Below, one piece after another: positions 38,813-50,658 of a stretch of DNA of 64,000 nt (positions are counted from its first letter, which is position 1; every line of letters begins with the position of its first letter). A program made the translations under genes and the position numbers. The DNA is from Squalus acanthias. Taxonomy: Eukaryota. The stretch is from contig CM059431.1 in the NCBI GenBank assembly GCA_030390025.1, positions 118,794,001 to 118,858,000 on the forward strand. Direction: 5' to 3'. The notes under the pieces were generated by a model. That model saw only the letters and a program-made list of their open reading frames with translations. It ran no database searches and was not told the DNA's origin.

Positions 38813-40192
38813 GCAGTGGAGAAAATGCTAGAGTCCATTATAAAAAATGTAATAGCAGAGCACTTGGAAAACAGTGACAGGATCGGACAAAGTCAACATG
38901 GATTTACAAAAGGTAAATCATGCTTGACTAATCTACTGGAATTTTTTGAGGATGTAACTGATAGAATAGATAAGGGAGAACCAGTGGATGTGGTGTATTT
39001 GGACTTTCAGAAGGCTTTCGATAAGGTCCTGCATAAGAGATTAGCGTACAAAGTTAAAGCACACGGGATTGGGGGTAAGGTACTGTCTTGGATAGAAAAC
39101 TGGTTGGCAGACAGGAAGCAAAGAGTTGGAATAAATGGGTCTTTTTCCAAGTGGCAGGCAGTGACTAGTGGGGTACCGCAGGGATCGGTGCTAGGACCCC
39201 AGTTATTCACAATATATAGTAATGATCTAGACGAGGGAACTAGATGTAATATCTCCAAGTTTGCAGACGACACAAAGCTGGGTGGGCATGTGTGCTGTGA
39301 AGAGGATGCAGAGAAACTCCAGTATGATTTGGACAGGTTGGGTGATTGGGCAGATGCATGGCAGATGCAGTATAATGTGGATAAATGCGAGGTTATCCAC
39401 TTTGGTGGCAAAAACAGGAAGGCAGATTATTATCTGAACGGCAATAGATTGGGAAAAGGGGAAGTGCAATGAGACCAGGGTGTCCTTGTGCACCAGTCGC
39501 TGAAGGTAAGCATGCAGGTGCAGCGGGCGGTTAAGAAGGCAAATGGTATGTTGGCCTTCATAGCGAGAGGATTCGAGTACAGGAGCAAGGATGTCTTGCT
39601 GCAGTTGTACAGGGCCTTGGTGAGACCACACCTTGAGTATCGTGTGCAGTTTTGGTTGCCTTATCTGAGGAAGGATGTTCTTGTCAGGGAAAGAGTGCAG
39701 CAAAGATTCACCAGACTGATACCTGGGATGGCAGGAATGACGTATGAAGAGAGATTGGGTCGATTGGGCTTCTATTCGCTAGAGTTTAGAAGAATGAGAG
39801 GGGATCTCATTGAAACTTATAAAATTCGAACAGGACTAGACAGACTAGATGCAGGAAGGATGTTCCCGATGGTGGGGGAGTCCAGAACCAGGGGTCACAG
39901 TCTAAGGATAAGGGGTAAGCCATTTAGGACTGAGATGAGGAGGAATTTCTTCACCCAAAGAGTGGTGAACCTGTGGAATTCTCTACCACAGAAGACAGTT
40001 GAGTGCAATTCATTAAATATATTCAAGAAGGAGTTAGATATATTTCTTAAGGCTAAGGGGATCAAGGGATATGGGGAGAAAGCAGGGACAGGGTACTGAA
40101 TTTGGATGATCAGTCATGATCGCATTGAATGGCGGAGCAGGCTCGAGGGGCCGAATGGCCTACTCCTGCTCCTATCTTCTATATTTCTATGT
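38813..40192 (+). mobile_element. CR1 LINE, RT domain to 3' UTR
   Basis: QHGFTKGKSCLTNLLEFF, YLDFQKAFDKV, GVPQGSVLGP, KFADD. One in-frame TGA at 39470-39472, otherwise open to 40099. Confidence 0.95.
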
Positions 40193-40776
40193 TTACCCCC
40201 AAAAAACCGGCGCAATGTATACCAATTGCTACCCCAAGATTCGGTTCCTTAGGTTTTCATATGTACATAATTCTAAGACAGAGGATAGGGATCGGGCAGT
40301 TCCTTTACTTTCAAGAGCTACTTGTCCACCACTTTTTAGAAAAATCCGCAATGGAAGCCAGTCAAAAGAACTCCACTGATTCAGCAGACCGTGTGTCTGT
40401 TTAACCCTTTCACGAATGGGCTCAAAGTTGCTGTGTTATTTGGAGTGACTTCAACTCACTGTTACATTGGCCATGAAATCCAATGAGGGTTCTTCTTATC
40501 TCCTGCCGTAAATCCCAGGGAAACACCAGTCCCCCATTGAAGCTATGGCAGGAGCCCAGGAGCATCCTCATGGAACATCAGGGCCATGTTTCCTTCTGTA
40601 AGTGACTTTACCTGTGAACGGACCTTTTTCGGTAGTTATGTCTGTTATCGAAGTGACTGATATTAATCATCTTCTGACATGTCCTCAGTGCACAGTGGAA
40701 ATCTTATGTGTAATCCAGAGACAATAAACAGGCCTATTGTTCACCCGGAGCATGCTATCACAGATTACAAACAAAG

Positions 40777-41108
40777 TATTACGAGGTGTTTACAGCACAG
40801 AAACAGACCATTCGGCCCAAAAGGGCTATGCCGGTGTTTATGTTCCACACGAGCCTCCTCCCACCCTTCTTCATCTAACGCCAACATATTCCTTTCTCCT
40901 TCATGCGCTTATCTAGCTTCCCCTTAAATGCATCTATGCTATTCGCCTCAACTACTCTTTGTGGTAGCGAGTTCCAAATTCTAACCACTCTCTTGGTAAA
41001 GAAGTTTCTCCTGAATTCCCTATTGGATTTATTAGTGACTATCTTATATTTATTGCCCCTAGTTCTGGTCTCGTCTGCAAGTGGAAACATCTTATCAATC
41101 CTTTCATA
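40777..41108 (-). mobile_element. CR1 (second subfamily, B) short 3' fragment
   Basis: MFPLADETRTRGNKYKI..RRNFFTKRVVRIWNSLP; UTR like 43025. Confidence 0.85.
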
Positions 41109-42309
41109 AAATTATTTTGTGCACAAAGTCTATCTTCAGTTCATATGTTTGCCTGTGGGAGCCAACTTTTGTACCTGGAACACAAAAAAGCATTTGGAGA
41201 AGCTTGAATTCGAACAATGTTATAATCAGCATTATTTCTGGATTACAAATAAATTTAAACCATAATTTATCAAGCCAATTATGTGGCATAATATTAAACA
41301 TAATGATAATAAACATTTTGAAAACTGATGAAAACAATCACAAATATGATAATGTATGATATTTTGATGCTCAGTATTTTGTGATATTGTCACAGGGCTC
41401 CATAGAATTATTGCTAACACCAGCATTCATTCAGAAATTTGCAATCACATTCATAGGAAATGTACAGTTATATACCAAAGGACTAATTTGGATTACTGGG
41501 TAATAAAATGCATAAACCACCCTGGAAAAGGTTGAGGTGAAGCTAAGGCAGAGAGAACTGACCTTCATCATCAATCAAACAGACTAACAAATTATATAAG
41601 TTATATGAGAATCACTCTGAAAGATGATGGAGGTCAACCAATCAACAAAGAAGAATCTTTCCATATTCCTTTATCAATGATGGAAGACTGATTCTTCTTG
41701 ACACACCAAAGAGCAGTGCCCTTTGAAGCTTCAAGATCTGCTTTCTGATCTACTTCTGTGGGTTATTTATGACAATGATGGTTTATTTACTTTTCTTTTG
41801 TCTCCCAACCTAACTAGATTATGCTCTTCAATCTTTGCAATTATTTCATATCAGCTATTAAAGACAAAGGAAAAAAGTTACTTGTTTCTGTTAAAAATAA
41901 TCAATAAATCGATAATTGCCTTTGGTCAACCACTGCTGTATTAGGTAAACATAAATCATTCCCCTTTATTTGTGTATTCATTAAAGTCTATCTGATGATA
42001 AATAATATAAAAACTGTCATAAACAAATATTGTTGTTGGGTTAGAATGGCCAATAGCATGTATCAACACTTTAACCAATAAAATTACTGTGAGCGATGTT
42101 ATTATATGAACACTTAACACTCTTCTATCAATAACCTCTGTGCCAGTTTAATTGAGGCATTAACCCATTTAAAAACAGATAACTTAACACCTCCATTAAA
42201 ATAGAATTAGCGCAGTAACATCACTTACGGTAATTTTGAAGTTTAAAAAAGAGTTAATTAGTTGACCAGCAGTAGAGCCAAGCTCTGATGAATGGCTTAA
42301 TGTCGTACT

Positions 42310-42466
42310 GGGGTGAATTTACTTAAAGCTGCTCCCGCTCCGCCATTGAAACGCCAGCGGAAGTGCGGTGGACACCCCATTTACATGAGCAAACGAGGTT
42401 TCTGCCGCGCTTCCGGCCAAGTTACGGTGGCCTTATCGGAGAAGCTCAGAGAAAATTCATTCCCCC
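42310..42466. mobile_element. Short MITE
   Basis: GGGGTGAATTT ... AAATTCATTCCCCC. Confidence 0.5.
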
Positions 42467-43024
42467 AGTATCTTCTGTAAGCAGTTATACCAGTCAAATA
42501 ATGAACACCTTCAGTTCAAGAATGAATTCACTGGAGCTTGTCCAATATGCCCGCATAACTTATGCGTAATGATATATTTTGGCATGTACTGACTGTTGGA
42601 TACATGCGAGGGTCAAGCTTAAATACACTGACAATTTATTACTTGCTTTTCTTAAAGTGATGTAATAGACTTAATCATATTTGGATGTTATGTGTTGTAA
42701 CTTGTGCAGGCTGTCACTTTTATCAGCATTTCATATGCTAGAATTAAAAGATTAATACACTCAAAAAAAAGGAAACATCTAAAGCTTCGCAAGATCATAA
42801 CGGGCTATGCCTTATTTATATTAAAGCTGACAGTTGAAACCTTCGATCATTCGACCGTTCGACTGCAGTGACTACAACTCATTTTCTCCTTGCTTTTGGT
42901 ATGTATGAAATGTCCTTGACATTTCAAACCAGTATATTTTGTGGGGGAGGAGAAGAAAAAATCTTGGATTATTTTTCTCTGAAATGTGTAAAAAAAAAAG
43001 CATTGGCTGAACTGTGTGTAAAGC

Positions 43025-45030
43025 ATTACATTACATAGGATTACAGCACAGAAACAGACTATTCGGCCCAACCAGTCCACGCCAGCGTTTATGATCGACT
43101 CGAGCCTCCACCCGTCTTTCCTCATCTAACTCTATCAGTATAACCCTCTATTCCCTTCTCCCTCATATGCTTATCTAACCTCCCCTTAAATGCATCTATA
43201 CTATTCGCTTCAACCACTCCCTGTGGTAGTGAGTTCCACATTCTCACCACTCTCTGGGTAAAGAAGTTTCTTCTGAATTCTCTATTAGATTTCTTGGTGA
43301 CTCTCTTATATTGATGGTCTCTAGTTATGCTCTTCCCCACAAGCGGAAACATTCTCTCTGTATCCACTCTATCAAAACCTTTCATAATTTTAAAGACCTC
43401 TATTAGGCCACCCCTCAGCCTTCTCTTTTCAGTAAAAAGAGATCCAGCCTGTTCATCCTTTCCTGTTAGGAATACCCTCGCATTTCTGGTATCATCCTTG
43501 TAAATCTTCTCTGCACCCTCTTCAGTGCCTCTATATCCTTTTTTAATATGGCAACCAGAACTGTACGCAGTACTTCAAGGGGGAGAAATTCTCTAGAGAG
43601 CCATTCGGGGAGCTAAGTCAAAAATGTTCAAACATTTGAGAAATTCCCATTTTCAAGCTGAGTGCCGGGCTGACTGATCACGGCACTCAGCCCGCGCCGG
43701 TGCTCAGAATTACTTTTTTTTAAATCAGTGATTTTTTTCACGTCGGCCGGCCACCGCGCCTTTAAATGGCCCCCCGCAAGTGGCCAGCCTCAGTGTTTGC
43801 GACCCCTGCAGCAGTCGGTAACATCGCCCGGCGCTGCTGCAGGGCACGAGGGGGAATTTTTCTCCCGAGGCGCTACCAGCGCGCTGCTCCCAGGGATGAC
43901 GTCATGATCTCCAGGCGCAGAAGATCGGGGCGATACCTGGTAGTGCCGCCACTAACCTCCGCAGAATTTCGTGGGAGGCACGGTTATAGCCTTGGGGGGC
44001 AAAATGCCATTTGCGTCCCAGTCACGCCTCCCACCGGAGGCTCAAACGAGGGGAATTTCACCCCCCAAGTGTGGTCTAAACAAGGTTCGATACAAGTTTT
44101 GCATAACTTCACTACTTTTCATTTCTATCCCTCTAGAAATAAATCCCAGTGCTTGGTTTGCTTTTTTTTTGGCCTTGTTAACCTGTGTTGCTACTTTTAA
44201 TGATTTGTGTATTTGTACTCCAAGATCCCTTTGTTCCTCTACCCCACCCAGACTCGTACCCTCCAAGTAATATGTGACCTCCCTATTCATCCTATCAAAA
44301 TGTAATACCTCTGTGTTGAAATTCATTTGCCAATTATATGCCCATTCTGTAAGTTTATTAATGTCTTGTAATTTGTTGCAGTCCTCCTCAGTATTGACTA
44401 TCCCCCCCCCCCCAAAATTTGGTGTCATCTGAAAATTTAGAAATTGTGTTTTTGATTCCAAAGTCTAAATCGTTAATATAAATTGTGAACAACAGTAGTC
44501 CCAGCACTGATCCTAGTGGAACACCACTTCCCACCTTCTGCCACTCTGAATAGCTACCCTTTACCCCTACTCTCTGTTTTCTGTCTTGAAGTCAGCTAGC
44601 TGTCCATTCTGCTACTTATCCCCTGACTCCCATTCTCTGACCTTATTCATCAGTCTATTATGTGGTACCTTCTCGAAGGCCTTTTGAAAATCTAGATAAA
44701 TTACATCTACTGCATTACCCTTGTCTACCTCTTCAAAAAATTCAATGAGGTTGGTCAAGCAAGGCTTTCCCTTTTGAAATCCATGCTGACTATTCATTAT
44801 TATATTTTTGGTTTCTAGATGTTCTTCTATTTTCTTCTTCAGTAGGGATTCCATTATTTTTTCCTACCACCGACGTTAAGCTGACTGGACATGTTCTATC
44901 TCCCTACTTAAATATAGATATTACGTTAGCTACCCGCCAGTCCTCTGGCACTACACCTTTTTCTAACCAATTATTTAATATGTGTAGTAGTGCCTCTGCT
45001 ATCTCTTCCCTAGATTCTTTTAAAATGTGC
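43025..45030 (-). mobile_element. CR1 subfamily B fragment containing a MITE
   Basis: QHGFQKGKPCLTNLIEFF, YLDFQKAF, RRNFFTQRVVRMWNSLP; (TGTAA)-type tail. Confidence 0.92.
43579..44065. mobile_element. Harbinger-type MITE with a clean TSD
   Basis: TIRs GGGGGAGAAATT ... AATTTCACCCCC; TSD CAA. The empty site CAGTACTCCAAGTGTGG is visible in the paralogous CR1 at about 52060. Confidence 0.9.
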
Positions 45031-45284
45031 ATTTCATTTAAAAAATAACACACTTTTTTGTATACCAGTGGTTTAGAACTGTCCTGACAGTTGGCCACAG
45101 GATTGAGTTGCAAGGTTGCCTGTTACATGAATCCATCAGTGATAATTATGTTATGCTTTGGTGGTGATATAATGGAAGGTACATAGAGCCCTTTATCTGG
45201 CAAAGGTATCCAGCCTTTGGGAAGGAAATGTTTCCAAAGTATATCATACTTTGCTCCAGGAGCACTTCCAACATACCAATAATG

Positions 45285-45760
45285 AAGTAAGAATTTGCAT
45301 TTATATAGCCCCTTATCACATCCAAAGCAATGAACTTTTTTTGGATTGTTCTAACAGTTTTGGATTGCTCTAGCAAAGGGTTGACTGGCAGCCTTCTCTG
45401 CTGTAACCTTCCATGGATCTATAGATTATTTTTGAAAAGCAGACCAATTTATGCACAGCAAGGTCCCACACATAGCAAATGAATGACCAGACTATTTCAT
45501 TTTGGTGGTGTTGGCAGGACACCAGGAGAACTCCCTGCTCTTTTTTAAATATTGCCATAGGACCCTTTACATTCACCTGAGCAGGCAGACAGTCTTGGTT
45601 TAATATCTCATCTAAAAGACGGCACTACTGACAATGTAACATTCCTTTGGTGCTGCACTGAACTGTCAGTTTAGGTTATTTGCTCAAGCCATAACCTTCT
45701 TGAACCCAGAACCTTGTTGATTCAGAGGCAGGAGTGCTACCCACTGAGCCAAACTGGCAC
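45285..45760 (-). mobile_element. Deu-domain SINE, diverged
   Basis: Tail TTGCATTTATATAGC, core CCAGGAGAACTCCCTGCTCT, head GTGCTACCCACTGAGCCA. Confidence 0.7.
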
Positions 45761-47184
45761 TATAGCGGGAATTTGAACTCTCCTCGATTGACAGAAAAGA
45801 AACAGGAGAGCAGTTAAAATAGTGTGGCTCCATTTGTGCTCCATTCCCATCAATTCTCCATTTTAGCGCCACTGGTTTTGGCGGTCCATGAGGTTCCCAT
45901 TGGAGAGAGCCTGATTAATAACCTCAAATTGGCATTTTAAGCCATTCCTGAGTGAGGCGCCTGCCACAAATGCCTTATCAAGTAAAGTTGTCGGGAAGCC
46001 AGCAAGGACCTCTCAGGTAGATTAAAAAAAACTTCCCTTTGTAGGGCCAGGAGATGCAGAAATGCTCCTTCAGCCTCCACAAGGAAATTCCGGGCCTCTG
46101 CTGTCCCAGGCTCCCTCCTCATGCTCCCCCCACCCCACCCACCCCCCCCCCGCCCCCACCAAACCCGCCAGCCACTAGACCCTTGCAACATCCACCCCCG
46201 GAATCATTTTACTGCCGTCAGCCAACTGTCGAAATGGGCAAGCAGCTGATGGCGGATTCTGACGAAGATGCCACATCAGATTTCTGTCCGCTCCCAGCAG
46301 CTTCCCACCGGGAGTTAAAATTACATATTGGAAAACTCCACAGGCCATTTTGTCTTGCCTGCATAACTGAATGGTTGTTTCAAGGAGATACAGTCAAAAT
46401 CTATGCAGTATTATGTCTGCAAATATAATCCAGCTGAAACAATTTTGTAAACAACTTGAAGGACTGCAGGTATTATACATATTTGATGTGGTTGTACATA
46501 TTTCTAATGGAATATTTCTCTAATTTGCAAATAATTTGTTGTTTTTGCCAGTTTGGAGCCAAAGACACATAAAAAAATTCCCATGGCCCACATAATGCCC
46601 TTCTGACTACATATTAAATGTTATACAACTGTGCTTTTTTTATGCTACTACTGAACATTGCTTCAGAGCTTCAGAATTCCCTAATACACAATGCATTTAT
46701 CCCATTGTTAATAAAAGATTTTATAGGTTAGTAGAGATATTTAAATGCTGATTTTGTTCAAATTACATATGAAATATTAATATAAACTTTAACCCTTTTC
46801 ATTTGAATTGCATTTATTGATGTTATTTCAATTTTATATTGGAAAGTAACCTGTTTCAGTCAATTATTTATCGTCTGATTGTAATAATAGAATGAAGTCC
46901 TAGTTTCCAATTCATGAATTACCTTTCTTTTCACAGATGGGTGAGTAAGTGGACAATGTAATGAGGCAAAAGATATTGTCGGTTCGTGATTGGACACAGC
47001 AGCTCTCCTCTAAGTTTATCATTGCACTGCTATTAACATTTTAGTTCCGGCTGCTCAGTTGTTACTATGAGCAGAAGCAATTAAAAATGTGACCCTTTTT
47101 GAATTATTAGCATCGCAAATAGAGAGTTTGAACTGCCTAGTACATGTGTAACAATTGGCAGGTGGTCATTCATTGGGAAACTAT

Positions 47185-47669
47185 AAGAACATAAGAAATA
47201 GGAGCAGGAGAACTCCATATGGCCCTTCGAGCCTGCTCTGCCATTCAATCAGATCATGGCTGATCTTCTACCTGAATTCCACTTTCCTGACCTATCCCCA
47301 TATCCCTTGATTCCCTTAGTATCTGACGGAGAGTGAATTAAATCATGGTATGAAAACTGAAGTGGCAGTAAAACCGTGATTTTACAAGTAGCTATAGCCA
47401 TGTTCAGAGCCATGTGCAATCACCCCATGAATATAAAACAGTCACTAATAAATCCAATAAGGAATTCAGGAGAAATTACCCAGAGAGTGGTTGGAATGTG
47501 GAACTTGCATAAGATAGTTGAGGAGAATAGCTTAGATGCATTTTAGGGGCAGCTAAATAAGGAATAGGAGGATATGCAATTAGGGTTGGATGAGGAGGCT
47601 CGTATGGAGCATAAATATCAGCATAGACCAGTTGGGCCGAATGTCCTGTTTCTGTGCTGTAAATTCTAT
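47185..47669. mobile_element. Two small CR1 3' fragments (47185-47320 on -, about 47430-47669 on +)
   Basis: AGAACATAAGAAATAGGAGC tail on the - strand. The subfamily B tail (ATTCTATGTA)n resumes at 48435 after a MITE. Confidence 0.8.
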
Positions 47670-48434
47670 GACCGCGATTTTGCCAGCCATGGCGGGTCTG
47701 GTGCGGCCGGAACAGACAGCGGCCTCAAACTCCGCACTCGTCTTCATCCCGCCTCCTCCAAGTGATTTTGCTCTGATTGGACTTGTTAAGCCCGCTCTGC
47801 GAGGTTCCCGGCCAATTAAAACGCAGTGGGTCTGATGACGTCATCTGATGACGCGTCATCAGCTGGTTTCCTTAAAGAGACCATGTCCACATTAATTTTG
47901 ACAGTTGTGCTGTTAGTGTTCTGAAGCATTGAGGTGCTGCAAACACTGACAAGAACTGCACAAAGGTGCACAGCTGCACCAAGGCTCTTGCATGACTCCC
48001 TCTATATGCTTATGGAGGGAGTCATAGCATGCAGGGAGGTTCTCTTCCCTTCCAATGGGCAGAAGAGACCTCCCGAGGAGACCAATGCAGCCTGGTTGCA
48101 CATTGCACAGGAGGACACAAGCAGGGATGTCGTCAGGAGGACCAGGCTGCAGTGATGCAAACCTTTTAATGATCTCAGTAGATCACGAAACGTTACTGCC
48201 AAGCCACACTCAACCTCATCCTGCTGTGCCACTCATCACATCCCCATCACTCTGTCTTCCCTACCCTTCTCCGCCGCTTAGTGACGGGTCTGCAAAGCAT
48301 AGGCAGAGCCAACACTAGGGAAACTCACAAGGAGGTGGGTTTAGAGCGGGATACTGCCCTGCTGTCAATCTTTTTGGTTTTGACAGCGGGCCCACCTCCG
48401 AACCCGCCCTCTGAGCACTGGCAAAATTCAGCCC
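47670..48434 (+). mobile_element. Non-autonomous Harbinger derivative retaining Myb exon 1
   Basis: Ends GACCGCGATTTTGCC ... GGCAAAATTCAGCCC; TSD TAT. Interior AAPRLLHDSLYMLMEGVIACREVLFPSNG..AWLHIAQE..RLQ*CKPFNDLSRS. Confidence 0.85.
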
Positions 48435-48659
48435 TATGTAATTCTATGTAATTAATATTTTACATTCTCTGCAGCATTCATTTGCTTCGTGACTTTGTGT
48501 AGACTATACGAGTATCATAGGAATAATCATGCTTACTGTTTATATAATTCAATTTTTTTAAATCCACTACTGCTTAGAGAAGTTTACTGGATTTGTCCCT
48601 TTTTAAGCAGAAGCATTATGGGCAACCAACACCAATGCTTGTTAGCCACAATAGATATT

Positions 48660-49080
48660 GGTGGCAAGTTTTTGACAAAATGATTTTTATTCCTTAAATT
48701 TTCTTTGCTCTCCTCCTATCCGAAAGATTTTGACTCCTTGCCGGTTTATCGCTCCATGGATTCTGGCCAGCCTCCAGTACGTCAGTTTAGTGACCACCAT
48801 TCACGTGTGAGCTTTTACAAGCTGTTCCACTTTTGGAGAACATTACAAATGGGCCCAATTCTGTCCTTACCTTATACCCACAAACTTGCACTTTACAGCA
48901 GGAATTGCTGGGTACCAATCAGGAGTGACAACCTTGATCGATTTTCTGGTCCCTAACCCAGGTGCACTGAGCCCAAATGTTTTGCCCCAACTATCCCACT
49001 GAGTGAGATCAGGTAACCCAGCATTAGATCAGGGATTGACCCAGGGACCCTCTTGGCCTAAATTGGTCAGCTAATGATTA
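48660..49080 (-). mobile_element. Possible ancient SINE-like relic
   Basis: Reverse complement has a B-box-like GGGTCAATCCC followed by TGCTGGGTTACCTGATCTCA; very diverged. Confidence 0.3.
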
Positions 49081-49282
49081 GATAAAGGAGTTAAACCATC
49101 AGAGAGCATAGGTACAAAATTATAATTAAATCTGTTTGGGAATCTTCCCACCTTTGTACCCATAACCATATTAGCTAGAATTATAGATCCACTCAGAATC
49201 TAAGTCAAAATTCAAAGAGACTCAAATTGGATTAACCCTGGTTTATCCAGAATTACATTTAATTCAGACTATTTCAGTTCAA

Positions 49283-49750
49283 GGTGCTGTGGCTCAGTTG
49301 GTAGCACTTGTCCCTCTGAGTCTGAAGGTTGTGGGTTCAAGTCCCACTCCAGCGACTTGAGCACAAAAATCTAGGACTGACACTCCAGTGCAGCACTGAG
49401 GGAGTGCTGCACTGTTGGAGGTGCTGCCTTTCAGATGAGTTGTTAAAGCGAGGCCCTGTCTGATCTCTCAGGTGGACATTAAAGATCCCATGCCACTATT
49501 TCAAAGAAGAGCAGGGGAGTTATCCCTGGTGTCCTGGCCAATATTTATCTCTCAATCAACATCACTATAAACAGATTATCTGGCCATTATCATATTGCTG
49601 TTTGTGGTAGCTTGCTGTGTGCAAATTGGTTGCTGCGGTTCCTACATTACACCAGCGGCTACACTTCAAAAGTACTTCATTGGCTGTAAAGTGCTTTGGG
49701 ACGTACTGAGGGCATGAAAGGTGCTATATAAATGCAAGTCTTTTCTTTTA
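49283..49750 (+). mobile_element. Full-length tRNA-derived Deu-domain SINE (SacSINE1/LmeSINE1-like)
   Basis: A box TGGCTCAGTTGG (49290), B box GGTTCAAGTCC (49334), central AAAGATCCCATG..GAAGAGCAGGGGAGT..GGTGTCCTGGCCAA, and an L2-like tail. Confidence 0.85.
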
Positions 49751-50329
49751 TACCTCAAATTACTCTGACGATTGTATCTGACAGTGTCTCATGTTTACTT
49801 GCAGTAAATAAATGGAAATTGGGACCCTGAGAACCATTTGAGTCCTTGGCCATATTCACTGGTGAATTGGCCTCATATTGTTCCTAATTATTCTGGTGGT
49901 GTAAATACAGATGAGAAAAGGGATTTAATAGAGAAAGAAACCAATTACTCAGAAAAGAAAGATTCTCAGAGAGAGAGAGTGAGAGAGAGAGAAATAAGTC
50001 AAAGAAAGAAAGATGAAGGCAGGAAAATGGAAACAGACCAGCAAGGGCAGGGTTTAGGGACAAAGGGATACAGAAACAAATAGATAGAAACAGAAAGATA
50101 CAGACATAAGAAAATAAATCAATTGAGTAAAAGCTGCTTGGCCCACCAAACCCATTTATTCCTCAGACCATGAACAATTTCAGTGTTGCTGAATTCTGCC
50201 TGTAAAAAGTATAAACTAAGGGATATATTTATGTATTTATCAGGGAAATCACAAAATAGGTCACAAGATGAAAAGATAGTTATGGATGAGAAAGACTATC
50301 CTGCCCATTTAAGACAGCTGTAGACCCAT

Positions 50330-50603
50330 AAATTCTGAGTGAATCACTGGGCACAAGTGTGCAGGAGCTAGGGCGGGGAATAGGACACCACAAGTACCAG
50401 CTCACTGGAGGACGAGATTGCATACTAGCTCTGCTGCAGAGGACCCAGACAACCGAAGAAGGCTGATGGACATACACCAGGAAATGCTAGGTGCACTGGG
50501 CAGCTGCCAATGAGCTTGCGTACAATGGCTGACAGCCTGGAGAAGTCCAGCTCCAACTTGTATTGGGGCTCCTTGCAGAGCATGGAGACCATGCTCTCCA
50601 TTG
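50330..50603 (+). pseudogene. Relic of the Harbinger Myb-gene last exon
   Basis: SSAAEDPDNRRRLMDIHQEMLGAL..MSLRTMADSLEKSSSN parallels RIIEQQQIM..RLTTMAERMKKPASSM at about 58.5 kb. Confidence 0.5.
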
Positions 50604-50658
50604 GAATATAGAAACAGGAGTAGGTCATTCACCCCCTCGAGCCTGTTCCACCATTCAA

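Noticed and set aside
42282..42309. Third hammerhead (CTGATGAA..)
   Set aside because: No GAAA box or stem III follows; a MITE starts at 42310.
49283..49355. tRNA gene
   Set aside because: The A/B boxes are the head of a SINE that occurs four times in the window.
50402..50632. Minus-strand ORFs as host exons
   Set aside because: Better explained as the antisense of a + strand Harbinger Myb-gene relic abutting a CR1 tail.
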